Shown here piece by piece: positions 8,667 to 17,935 of a DNA stretch of 49,628 nt. Both the position numbers and the translations under genes were made by a program. The DNA comes from Clostridia bacterium (GTDB lineage: Bacteria > Bacillota > Clostridia > UMGS1883). The DNA is taken from contig JBJDXJ010000023.1 in assembly GCA_051866635.1 (NCBI GenBank), positions 1 to 49,628 of the forward strand, given 5' to 3'. Each line of letters starts with the position of its first letter. Positions within the stretch are counted from its first letter, which is position 1. The notes beneath the pieces were generated by a model, which worked only from the letters and a program-made list of their open reading frames with translations, did no database searches and was not told where the DNA came from.

Positions 8667-11600
8667 ATGAAAATACGCAAAATCATGTCACTTTTAGTTG
8701 TAATTGCTATGGTTATTTCAATGATTCCCGTAGTAGTTTCAGCCGACGATGCTCTCACAGTAGCATTTGACACAAAATCTCTCACCATTAGTGGTGAAAA
8801 AGAGCTTACCGGTACAGGTTGGCTGGCGGCGGAAACAAATGCCCGTGTCCGCTGGAACCAAAACTGGACGGCAGACGGAAAATGGAACAGCACTGGAAAG
8901 GGTACATACGGACTTATGTTCTTTGCATCCCAGGCACGTGATACTGCCGACGGTACGGTTAAGGCAAGTCTTGAAGGTTCCGCTAAAACCTTAAAAAGCG
9001 AAAATATTGTAATTTCCTTTAACTTCGCTTGTCAGGAAAAAGAAAATCTTTATCAGAGATGGAACTTCATAGATAACGACAATAATACTTTTGCAACATT
9101 CTATTTTGACAAAAACTCCAAGGTAAGTGTTGGCTTAAACGAAATAGATGTTGTAACAGGTCAGGATAAGGCATACGAAATCCGCGGACAGGAAGTTGTT
9201 ATAACAGCTAAAAAGAACAATAGCGGAAAGTATACTGTTACATATACTGTTGACGGTGCAATAATAACATCTGAAGAGGTTGACAGCGTAAACGGATTTA
9301 AAGCAATTGAAGCTAAAATCCCCAGATATAACGACCAGTGGGGTGCGGCTGCACTTTTAAATCTTAAGGTATCATATCTTAAAAATAATTCTGTTACCGA
9401 CGAGGAAATCCGGGAATATACCCTTGTTAACACACCTCCCACTATGAATGTAGAGGGTGGCAGTGAAGATTATCTTATAGATACATTTGAACCTATTACC
9501 ATTTCACACCCTGCAGGTGATGAATTTATTTACTATACTCTTGACGGCACAGACCCCACAAAAGAAAGTAACAAATACGAAGGACCCTTCTATGTTGGTG
9601 ATGTAGGTCATGTTAAAGCGAGAGCAATTTCAAATAACGGAACAATGGGCGAAATAGTTGAAGCATGGGTTTATAACAGACCCTGGGCAGCTACAGCCGC
9701 TGAATTCCGTATTGACGGGGAAAACACAGTAAACAATATAAAGATAGCATGGCCTTTATACCCCAATGCCACAAAGTATGAAGTTTACCGTGACGGTGTA
9801 CTTGTTGGTACAACAATCGGTGATGCTGTGGACGAATATAATCTTCCCGTAAATAAGAACTTTGTATACACAGTAAAGGCATATAACGGCGATGTGCAGA
9901 TTGCAGAAGGTACTACAAATAAAGTTACAACCTTTGCAATCGATACTGCAGAAGTCACAGGCTATGACGATAACAGAAGACGCGGTTGGGTGCCCACAGA
10001 CGAAAACGGTGATGATGACCCCACTCCCAAGCCTTCAGGTTATGAAATTAACGGCAAGTACTACAAGGTTAAGAACGAAGGCGTTTCTCGTGAACTCTTT
10101 GAATCTCTCGGCTTTGACCCCACAATTTGGGACAACAAATGTACTTGTGTAGCTTTCTATTATATGGAAAGTGAAGACGGTATCAACTGGCCTGAAGAAT
10201 GGACGCCCATTTATCCTGTATTTATTGACCTTCGTTTTGAAGGTAAGACGACAGGCTTGCACTACGATAAGGAAACGGTTATCTGGTCTGCTCACGCAGA
10301 AGGCACAAACGGCTACAACGTGGCAAAGCTTTTCTTTGCGGCATTTAAGCCCGGAAGAAATACAGAACCTGTAAAGCCTTACGCATATACAGTTTCCGGT
10401 AACGTAATCCTTCCTCAGGACAGCCCCTGGGAACAGTATGAAAACTACGGCGATGAGGCAGGCAGCAACCAGATGTCTTCCTTCTATATTGGCCGTCCTT
10501 TCGGCTATGACTCAAGAGACATGGTTAAGTTCACAGAAGGCGATACAATGTACACATTCTCGTCTACAAATATGAACCAGGATAAGCTGGTTATTAAACT
10601 TGACGAAAACTGGACAAAGCCTGTTGAGGTTACAAATGTTATCCTCAAGGGTCAAAGAAGAGAAGCACCCTCTGTATTTAAGTCAGGGGACAGATACTAT
10701 ATCTACACTTCAATAGCAAACGGTTGGTTTGCTTCTCAGGCAAAATATTCCTCTGCAACTTCTATTGACGGTGTATGGTCACCGGGCAGACCCATTGCAA
10801 ATGCCGGTACATTCGGCTCTCAGGCAAACGGTGTTTGGGGTTACGGCAGTGAGTCGGGCCGCTGGGTACAGCGTGGTCACGGCTACAACTGGGGTCAGTC
10901 AGGTGGTTGGAGAAAGAGCAATTATCAGATTTTCTTCCACATGGCACTCAATGACGGTGTAGCTACAGGTAACTGGTGCTATAAGATGGAATATCATCCC
11001 TATTGGGGTGCTATCGCCGTTCAGTCAGGTGAAACAGTTTCCCTTGGCAAAAAGGCTTATATCGACGGCAAGCTTTGTCCCAACCTTACAGACAATGTAC
11101 AGCTTGAAAGAACAGGTGTTACAGATGTAGATCACCTTCCTTATGATATTATCGTAGATCTGGAAGTTCCCACAGTAGTAAGTGAAGTAAACCTTACAAA
11201 CGATATTTATAACGGTTCTAACTGTGCAAGCTACTTTAAGGTATACGGCAGTAACGATGAGAATAATTGGGAATTCTTGGCAGATGCAACAGACAAGGAT
11301 GACGATGATCCTGCATTCCGTTCCTGCTGGGTAGACACAGACAAGGCGTTCCGCTACATCAAGGTAGAAGTTTTGGAAGTAAACAATATTCAGGGCGGTA
11401 ATAAGTCTGCTCTTTGGGGCGGTAAACCTCTTGAAGTTGCTATTTATGGTAAGCCCGAAGGCTGGGTAGCTGAATACTATGATTTGTCCGCACAGGAAGA
11501 AATTCTTGTAGGCTACGGTCAGAATAATATTGATTTCACTCCCTACGGTCAGGAACCTGTTATTGTAAATGACAGAACAATGGTACCTCTCCGTGCAATC

Positions 11601-11852
11601 TTTGAAGCAATGGGTGCAGAAGTTAATTGGGACGATGCAACTAAGACGGTTACAGCCGTGAGAGATGATATAACAATTTCTCTTACAATCGGATCTGACC
11701 AGCTTTACGTAAACGGTGAAGCAGTTACAATCGATACTCCTGCTATGATAATCAACGAAAGAACAATGGTTCCCGTTCGTGCAATTGCCGAAAGTTTCGG
11801 TTGCGAAGTTAACTGGAATCAGAAAGCAAGAAGAGTTGCGATAACAGAATAA
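8667..11852 (+). CDS. Secreted modular GH43-like glycoside hydrolase (chitobiase-C/FN3-like domains, beta-propeller, F5/8 discoidin, C-terminal copper-amine-oxidase N-terminal-like domain)
   Basis: Signal peptide; IYYTLDGTDPT; YEVYRDG; SRDM and REAP motifs resembling GH43_24; FKVYGSND..W...FRYIKV discoidin; RTMVPLRAIFEAMGAEVNWD repeated twice. Confidence 0.72.
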   Translation: MKIRKIMSLLVVIAMVISMIPVVVSADDALTVAFDTKSLTISGEKELTGTGWLAAETNARVRWNQNWTADGKWNSTGKGTYGLMFFASQARDTADGTVKASLEGSAKTLKSENIVISFNFACQEKENLYQRWNFIDNDNNTFATFYFDKNSKVSVGLNEIDVVTGQDKAYEIRGQEVVITAKKNNSGKYTVTYTVDGAIITSEEVDSVNGFKAIEAKIPRYNDQWGAAALLNLKVSYLKNNSVTDEEIREYTLVNTPPTMNVEGGSEDYLIDTFEPITISHPAGDEFIYYTLDGTDPTKESNKYEGPFYVGDVGHVKARAISNNGTMGEIVEAWVYNRPWAATAAEFRIDGENTVNNIKIAWPLYPNATKYEVYRDGVLVGTTIGDAVDEYNLPVNKNFVYTVKAYNGDVQIAEGTTNKVTTFAIDTAEVTGYDDNRRRGWVPTDENGDDDPTPKPSGYEINGKYYKVKNEGVSRELFESLGFDPTIWDNKCTCVAFYYMESEDGINWPEEWTPIYPVFIDLRFEGKTTGLHYDKETVIWSAHAEGTNGYNVAKLFFAAFKPGRNTEPVKPYAYTVSGNVILPQDSPWEQYENYGDEAGSNQMSSFYIGRPFGYDSRDMVKFTEGDTMYTFSSTNMNQDKLVIKLDENWTKPVEVTNVILKGQRREAPSVFKSGDRYYIYTSIANGWFASQAKYSSATSIDGVWSPGRPIANAGTFGSQANGVWGYGSESGRWVQRGHGYNWGQSGGWRKSNYQIFFHMALNDGVATGNWCYKMEYHPYWGAIAVQSGETVSLGKKAYIDGKLCPNLTDNVQLERTGVTDVDHLPYDIIVDLEVPTVVSEVNLTNDIYNGSNCASYFKVYGSNDENNWEFLADATDKDDDDPAFRSCWVDTDKAFRYIKVEVLEVNNIQGGNKSALWGGKPLEVAIYGKPEGWVAEYYDLSAQEEILVGYGQNNIDFTPYGQEPVIVNDRTMVPLRAIFEAMGAEVNWDDATKTVTAVRDDITISLTIGSDQLYVNGEAVTIDTPAMIINERTMVPVRAIAESFGCEVNWNQKARRVAITE

Positions 11853-11862
11853 CAAAATGTGT

Positions 11863-11896
11863 AAAAGCCCTGAAGGTAATCCCTTCGGGGCTTTTT
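11863..11896 (+). terminator. Intrinsic terminator
   Basis: aaaagccctgaagg-taatc-ccttcggggcttttt. Confidence 0.8.
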
Positions 11897-11980
11897 GCCG
11901 TATGAATTGTAATGAAATATTGAATTTTACCTGTGCTTGTGGTAGAATAGTGGGGAGAAAATTTAAAGGCGGTAATTAAA

Positions 11981-14088
11981 ATTAAACTGATAATAGCGGA
12001 AAAGCCCAGCTTGGCGAGAAACATTGCAGGGGCTATAGGAAAAATGAAAAAAGCCGACGGGTTTATGGTCGGTGAAGAATATATTATTACATGGGTTTTT
12101 GGACATTTGTTTTCATTGGCAGATATTGAAAGATATTCGCCTAACCCTGACGGGACAAACAGATGGACTATTAAAAATATTCCGTGCTTTCCCGATGAAT
12201 TTGTCTTTGAACTGAAAAAGGATGCAAATACAAAAAAGTGGACAGTGGTGTTTTAAAACAGTTTGAAACAATAAAAGCACTTATAAACCGCAGTGATGTT
12301 GACATGATTATAAACGCAGGGGACGCTGACAGGGAAGGCGAGATAATTATAAGAACCTGTGTGAAAGAGGCAAAAGAAAGTGACAAACCCTTTATGCGGC
12401 TGTGGCTTCCTGACCAGACAAATGAAACTATACTTGCATCACTTTCAGACATGAAGGATGAAACAGAATATGACCGCCTTGCAGACGAAGGCTATGCCCG
12501 TACATATATTGATTGGCTTTACGGGGTGAATTTAACAAGGTATGCAACATTAAAGTGCGGTAAACTCCTTCGTGTTGGGCGTGTTATAGTGCCTATTGTA
12601 AAAGCTGTTTATGACAGGGATATGGCAATCAAAAATTTCGTTCCCGATATTTATTATGCCTTGGTCAGTAAAGAGGCTACAAATGGTGAAGAAATTGAAC
12701 TTACAAGTAAAGAGCAGTTTAATAAAAACGATTTTTTAAAGGCACAGGCGTTGTGCGATAAGTATAATGCCTCCGTAGCAACCGTTACGGATAAAAAGAA
12801 GAAAAAGGACACATTGAAGCCCGGAAAACTTTACTCCTTAACAAAACTGCAAAATGTGCTTGGGAAGAAATACAAAATGTCAATGGAGCAAAGCTTGAAA
12901 ATCGTTCAGGATTTGTATGAACGTGGCTATGTAACATATCCGAGAACAAATTCAGAGTATCTGGCAACTGCCGAAAAAGGAAAGATAAAAACAATTTTAG
13001 ATGCGGTTAGCAAAATCGGATATCCTGTAAAATTCAAGGACTCAAAGGATATATTTGACGATTCTAAAATTGAGTCACATTCAGCACTTACGCCCACGTA
13101 CAAAATACCGAAGAAAACTGACTTAACACCCGATGAATTTACTGTGTATTCTACCATTATGCGTAGGTTTGTAGCGGTTTTTTGCATTGATGAATGTGTT
13201 GTTGAAAAAACAGAAATTAAAGTTAATGTTGGAGAGTTTGAGGAGTTTTCATTAAAAGGCACCGTAATTGTTTCGCCCGGCTGGACAAAATATGATGATT
13301 ATTCCAAAAAGGATAAAATTCTGCCGCCTCTTGAAAAAGGCGACAGGGTGGAAATCATGTTTAAACCTACACAAAAGGAAACTAATCCGCCAAAGCACTA
13401 TACAATTGAAACCCTTAATAATTATTTGAAAAATCCCTTTAAGGATGATAAGAAAAAAGCTGCCGATGAGGAAAATGACGATGAAGAATACAAGGCTATT
13501 TTTGAAGGTCTTGAGCTTGGCACCGAGGCAACAAGAACAGGAATAATTGACAATGCCAAGAAAAGCGGATATATCGAGCTTAAAAAGGATGTATATAAAA
13601 TACTGCCCGACGGCATAAATCTTATTGAAGCCCTGAAAAGAATGAACATAAGCATGGACAAATATAAGACGGCGGAAGTGGGTAAGGCACTTAAAAAAGT
13701 GTACAGGGGCGAATATAGCATAAGTGACAGCATATCAGTTGCAAAAAAGGAAATTGAAGAAGTATTTACTAAACAGAATAACCCGCCCGAAACCGACACC
13801 GATGACGGATTTTTTGGCGATATTGTGGGAAAATGCCCATTATGTAAAAATGATGTTGTAAGAACAAGCTTCGGCTACGGTTGCTCTGGGTATCGTGAAG
13901 TGGGGTGTAAGTTTGGTGTAAATAATGTTATATGTTCCAGGGTGATTTCACTTGCAAATATGAGAAAACTGCTGGAAACGGGAAAGACTTATAAAATTTC
14001 AGGCTTTATTTCCCCTAAAAACGGCAAAAGCTTCGATGCATATTTAAAACTTGAAAACGGCCGTGCCGTATTTGATTTTAGTGAATAA
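11981..14088 (+). CDS. topB: Type IA DNA topoisomerase (topoisomerase III-like), split by a -1 frameshift at 12232-12238; apparent ATT start
   Basis: KLIIAEKPS and WVFGHL (Toprim start) lie in the 12011 frame; AGDADREGE, RVGRV, catalytic YVTYPRTNS, LGTEATR and the C-terminal CPLC..C..C / FISPKNGKSFDA lie in the -1 frame. May be recoded, a pseudogene or a homopolymer error. Confidence 0.8.
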
Positions 14089-14100
14089 AAGGAGAAGTAT

Positions 14101-15204
14101 ATGAAAAAATTTGGTTTTGGACTTATGCGGTTACCTTTATTAAATAAGGAGGACCAAACAAGTATCGATATTGACCACGTTTGCAAAATGGCTGACAAGT
14201 TTTTAAAGGCTGGTTTTACATATTTTGATACTGCCGCCTGCTACCACAACGGTGCAAGTGAAGTTGCTTTTTGTAAGGCTGTAAGCAGTCGTTATCCCCG
14301 TGAAAGCTATTCGATTACCGATAAGCTGTCACTTTGGATGGTAGAGGACGGAAAGTTTGAAAATTTTTTCAATTCCCAGCTTGAAAGACTTGGTGTTGAT
14401 TATCTGGATTATTATCTTTTGCATGCCGTTAATAAAAACGGTTACAAGGAAGCCTGTGAAAAAGGTGCAATTGAGTTCATGAAAAAGAAAAAGGCAGAGG
14501 GAAAAGTAAAGCATATAGGCTTTTCCTTTCATGACAGTGTACAGGTGTTAGATGAAATTTTATCAAATGAGCCTGAAATGGAAATTGTACAGCTCCAGAT
14601 TAATTATCTTGACTGGGAGGATGAAAACGTTCAGTCAAAAATGTGTTACTCTGTTGCACAAAAGTATAATAAGCCCGTCCTTGTAATGGAACCTGTAAAG
14701 GGAGGAAGTCTGGCAAATGTCCGTGGTGATGTAAGAAGAATGTTTAAATCAAAAGAACCTGATATGAGTATTGCATCATGGGCTATACGTTATGCGGCAA
14801 CTTTAGATGGTGTTGCAACTGTGCTTTCAGGTATGAGCTGTGAAGAACAGGTGAATGACAACCTTGGTTATATGAAAGATTTTAAACCCCTTACAAAAGA
14901 TGAGATTGATATAGTAATGAAAGCGGCTAAAATGATCAGGGCAGATGTTCTAGTGCCATGTACAGCTTGCCGTTATTGTGTACCAGATTGCCCCATGAGT
15001 ATTGAAATTCCGGAGTATTTCAAAGCATATAACATGTTAAAGTCAGAGGGGTTTGATAAGGCTAAGGAAAAATTTGATTTCCTTTCAAAGAAAGGAAGTC
15101 GACCTTCCGATTGCATAAAGTGCGGTATGTGCGAAAGTTTGTGTCCCCAGAAATTAGGCATAAGAGACTTTTTGGAAGACGTTACAGAAGAATTGGGCAA
15201 ATAA
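14101..15204 (+). CDS. Aldo/keto reductase with C-terminal 2x[4Fe-4S] domain
   Basis: GFGLMRLP, YFDTA, LLH, IGFSFH, VMEPVKGG; two CxxCxxCxxxCP motifs. Confidence 0.88.
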   Translation: MKKFGFGLMRLPLLNKEDQTSIDIDHVCKMADKFLKAGFTYFDTAACYHNGASEVAFCKAVSSRYPRESYSITDKLSLWMVEDGKFENFFNSQLERLGVDYLDYYLLHAVNKNGYKEACEKGAIEFMKKKKAEGKVKHIGFSFHDSVQVLDEILSNEPEMEIVQLQINYLDWEDENVQSKMCYSVAQKYNKPVLVMEPVKGGSLANVRGDVRRMFKSKEPDMSIASWAIRYAATLDGVATVLSGMSCEEQVNDNLGYMKDFKPLTKDEIDIVMKAAKMIRADVLVPCTACRYCVPDCPMSIEIPEYFKAYNMLKSEGFDKAKEKFDFLSKKGSRPSDCIKCGMCESLCPQKLGIRDFLEDVTEELGK

Positions 15205-15207
15205 AAA

Positions 15208-15234
15208 AGCCAAAATGATAAATTCATTTTGGCT
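15208..15234. terminator. Hairpin terminator between convergent genes
   Basis: agccaaaatga-taaat-tcattttggct, flanked by an A-tract on the left. Confidence 0.6.
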
Positions 15235-15249
15235 GTGGGATTAAATTTA

Positions 15250-15482
15250 CAGACTGTCGATAAACCTATTTTCGCATAACCCCAAGGGGCTTGGGGAGTA
15301 AGGCTCCCCAAAATAAAATAGGAGCCGGAAATCGCATTTTTGGCTCCGAAAGTGGCGATTTTAGGGGGGTGTAGACCCCTTGCACGAGAAATTGCCACTT
15401 TGTTCATTAAAATTACAGACCTCAAAGTGCTGAAGGACGTATTCCGCCTTTGAGGTCGCGTGTCGACTTTTTTGACACGCTC
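15250..15482. mobile_element. Non-coding, highly structured MITE-like element
   Basis: About 230 nt, GC-richer than its surroundings, at least 5 hairpins; imperfect terminal inverted repeats cagactgtcgataaa / tttttgacacgctc; left end matches the element at 46606. Confidence 0.45.
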
Positions 15483-15993
15483 AAATATATTTAACTATTT
15501 CATCTGCATTTTTAAATTGTGAATGCATTTCAATAGGTTTGGCATCTTCGGAAGGGTAACCCATTACAAGAAGTGCAACGGGAATGATATTTTCGGGAAT
15601 ATTGTATGCCTTGGTTATTTTTTCTGGATTAAAATGCATAACCCATGTGGTGCCTATGCCAAGGGATGTAGCTTCCATCATCATATGTGTTGTGACTATG
15701 GAGGCATCTATAACCCCTGATGCTTTACCGTCATATTTTCTCACCCAACATTCATCTTTATTGTAGCAAACAAGAAGTGCGGCGGTGCAGTCAAAGTGAC
15801 AACGGGTACAGTCTTTTAATTTTTCTATCCCTTCAGGGGAGTTAATAACGAAAATCCGCTGTGGCTGATAGTTGCAGGCTGTAGGTGCCACGTGACCTGC
15901 TTTTAGGATTTTGTCAAGCAAATCTTTTTCTATCGGTTCATCGGTAAATTTACGTACAGAGTATCTTTCTTCTGCAAGTTTTAAAAAATCCAT
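15481..15993 (-). CDS. Nitroreductase family protein
   Basis: RYSVRKF, APTACNYQP, LGIGTTWV, LVMGYP. Confidence 0.9.
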   Translation of the reverse strand: MDFLKLAEERYSVRKFTDEPIEKDLLDKILKAGHVAPTACNYQPQRIFVINSPEGIEKLKDCTRCHFDCTAALLVCYNKDECWVRKYDGKASGVIDASIVTTHMMMEATSLGIGTTWVMHFNPEKITKAYNIPENIIPVALLVMGYPSEDAKPIEMHSQFKNADEIVKYI

Positions 15994-16016
15994 TTTTCAT
16001 ATCTCCTTTATGATTA

Positions 16017-16508
16017 TTACAAAAATTTAACAGGAAGCGGGTCGCAATCCATACTTTTTAAAATGTCCGATACTGATTGACGGCCCTTAAGAGAAAGCAA
16101 TTTACTTGTACCGTGGGCTATGATTTTACCGCTTTCGTCTGTCAGTGTAACCTCACAAAGGACAACGCTTCTGCCTTCTTTAATAGCAGTGGCGGTGGCA
16201 GTCAATTTACCCGAATATGCCATTGCAAGATTTGTAACTTCCAAATCAAGGGAGGTAAAACCGCTGTCTTCATCCTTGTTACAATATGCCGCCCAGTAAG
16301 CGGCAGAATCGATTATAGAAGCGTAGCAACCGCCGTGAACAGAGCCGAAGGGGTTTAAGTGCTTTGTTTGTATATCCATTTCAATAATTGAAAAGCCGGG
16401 GCCAAGGTCAGCTATTTTCATGCCTAAAAGCTCGGAATAAGGGCTTTGGTTTATAACCTCCTTAAGTTTTTCTATATGCAGAGGATTTATTTTTTTCGTT
16501 TCTTTCAT
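16017..16508 (-). CDS. PaaI family hotdog-fold thioesterase
   Basis: HLNPFGSVHGGCYASIIDSA; start moved to ATG 16508 behind SD GGAGGA. Confidence 0.88.
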   Translation of the reverse strand: MKETKKINPLHIEKLKEVINQSPYSELLGMKIADLGPGFSIIEMDIQTKHLNPFGSVHGGCYASIIDSAAYWAAYCNKDEDSGFTSLDLEVTNLAMAYSGKLTATATAIKEGRSVVLCEVTLTDESGKIIAHGTSKLLSLKGRQSVSDILKSMDCDPLPVKFL

Positions 16509-16601
16509 AGTATTTCCTCCTTTGGTGTTTTGATATATTATAACACCCTGTATAAGTAAATTCAACATTAATAATAAATATAAATAAAAGGAGAACTTTA
16601 A

Positions 16602-17129
16602 ATGAGTACAATTGTAATTTACAAATCAAAATACGGAGCAACCAAAATATATGCAAAATGGATAAGTCAGGAGCTTAACTGTAAAGCAGTTGATGCAAAA
16701 AGTGTAAAGATCGACGATTTAAAGGATTATGACACCATTATATTCGGCGGAGGGTTGTATGCCGAGATGATTGCAGGCATAAGCCTTATTACAAAGAATA
16801 TTGACAAACTGAAGGGGAAGAAGCTTATAGTATATACAACGGGTTTAACTCCTGTTACCTGCCGTGAATATTACGACAAGCTCATTATGGATAGAAACTT
16901 TAAAGATATGGATTTGTCAAATATAAAAGTATATAACTTTTTGGGCAAAATGGTTGTTGATGAATTATCTCTTCCTCACAAAATGGCAATAAAGGCTTTG
17001 AAAAAAATGATGGCAAATAAGGAAAATCCTACCGACATGGAAAAGTTGCTCATAGAGCTTTGTGATACTGACGGTGATTTTACGGATAAAGAAGCAATAA
17101 AGGATTTGGTTGAATACGCAAGGGCATAA
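16602..17129 (+). CDS. Flavodoxin-domain protein (HemG/Flavodoxin_5-like)
   Basis: IVIYKSKYGATKIYA FMN-binding loop; YDTIIFGGGLYA. Confidence 0.8.
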   Translation: MSTIVIYKSKYGATKIYAKWISQELNCKAVDAKSVKIDDLKDYDTIIFGGGLYAEMIAGISLITKNIDKLKGKKLIVYTTGLTPVTCREYYDKLIMDRNFKDMDLSNIKVYNFLGKMVVDELSLPHKMAIKALKKMMANKENPTDMEKLLIELCDTDGDFTDKEAIKDLVEYARA

Positions 17130-17134
17130 ATCTG

Positions 17135-17164
17135 AGGGTTGTTACTTAAGTAACGGCCCTTTTT
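17135..17164 (+). terminator. Intrinsic terminator
   Basis: gagggttgttac-ttaa-gtaacggccctt then T-tract. Confidence 0.7.
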
Positions 17165-17242
17165 CAAATTATTAAGAAAACTTAATAATTTTTGTTGTAA
17201 AATATTAAGAATTTAGTGCTACAATAAAGACGAGGTGAGAAA

Positions 17243-17923
17243 ATGAAAGTATTGGTTGTTGATGATGACAGAGAAATTGTAGAAAGCATTTCAATTTTTT
17301 TATCAGGTGAATCATATGAAGTTTTTAAGGCTTATGATGGGATTGAAGCACTGAGTATTTTGTCGGAAAATGAAATACATCTGATGATACTTGATATTAT
17401 GATGCCGAAAATGGACGGCATAAAAACGCTTATGAAATTAAGAGAGAACAAAAACATCCCTGTTATTTTGCTTTCGGCAAAAAGTGAGGATAATGACAAA
17501 ATACTTGGGCTTACCGCAGGTGCTGACGATTATGTTACAAAACCCTTTAATCCGTCGGAATTGGTGGCAAGAGTCAAATCTCAGCTAAGACGTTACACAA
17601 GTTTAGGGTCTATAAAAAAGCAGGAAAGCGAGATTATAATATCCGGGCTTTGTGTCAATACAGAAAACAAGACTGTTAAGGTAGACGGTGAAGAGGTGCG
17701 TCTTACTCCTATCGAATACAGAATTTTGGAGCTATTGGCAAAAAACCGCGGAAGGGTGTTTTCTCTTGAAGAAATCTACCGTCATGTCTGGCGTGAAGAA
17801 ACAGTTGTGGGGGATAATACAATCGCAGTACATATCAGGCATATACGTGAAAAAATCGAGATAAATCCAAAAGAACCCAGGTACATTAAAGTCGTCTGGG
17901 GAATAGGTTACAAAATTGATTAA
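17243..17923 (+). CDS. OmpR/PhoB-family response regulator
   Basis: VVDDD, LDIMMP, DDYVTKPF; winged-helix with VHIRHIREKIE and VWGIGY. Confidence 0.92.
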   Translation: MKVLVVDDDREIVESISIFLSGESYEVFKAYDGIEALSILSENEIHLMILDIMMPKMDGIKTLMKLRENKNIPVILLSAKSEDNDKILGLTAGADDYVTKPFNPSELVARVKSQLRRYTSLGSIKKQESEIIISGLCVNTENKTVKVDGEEVRLTPIEYRILELLAKNRGRVFSLEEIYRHVWREETVVGDNTIAVHIRHIREKIEINPKEPRYIKVVWGIGYKID

Positions 17924-17935
17924 GGAGGAATTTAC

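Noticed and set aside
14973-15425. 150-aa minus-strand ORF across the structured element
   Set aside because: Half overlaps the aldo/keto reductase antisense; no transposase or other motif
17168-17225. ttaag/ttaat repeats before the OmpR-family regulator
   Set aside because: Could be an autoregulatory site, but the repeats are short and AT-only
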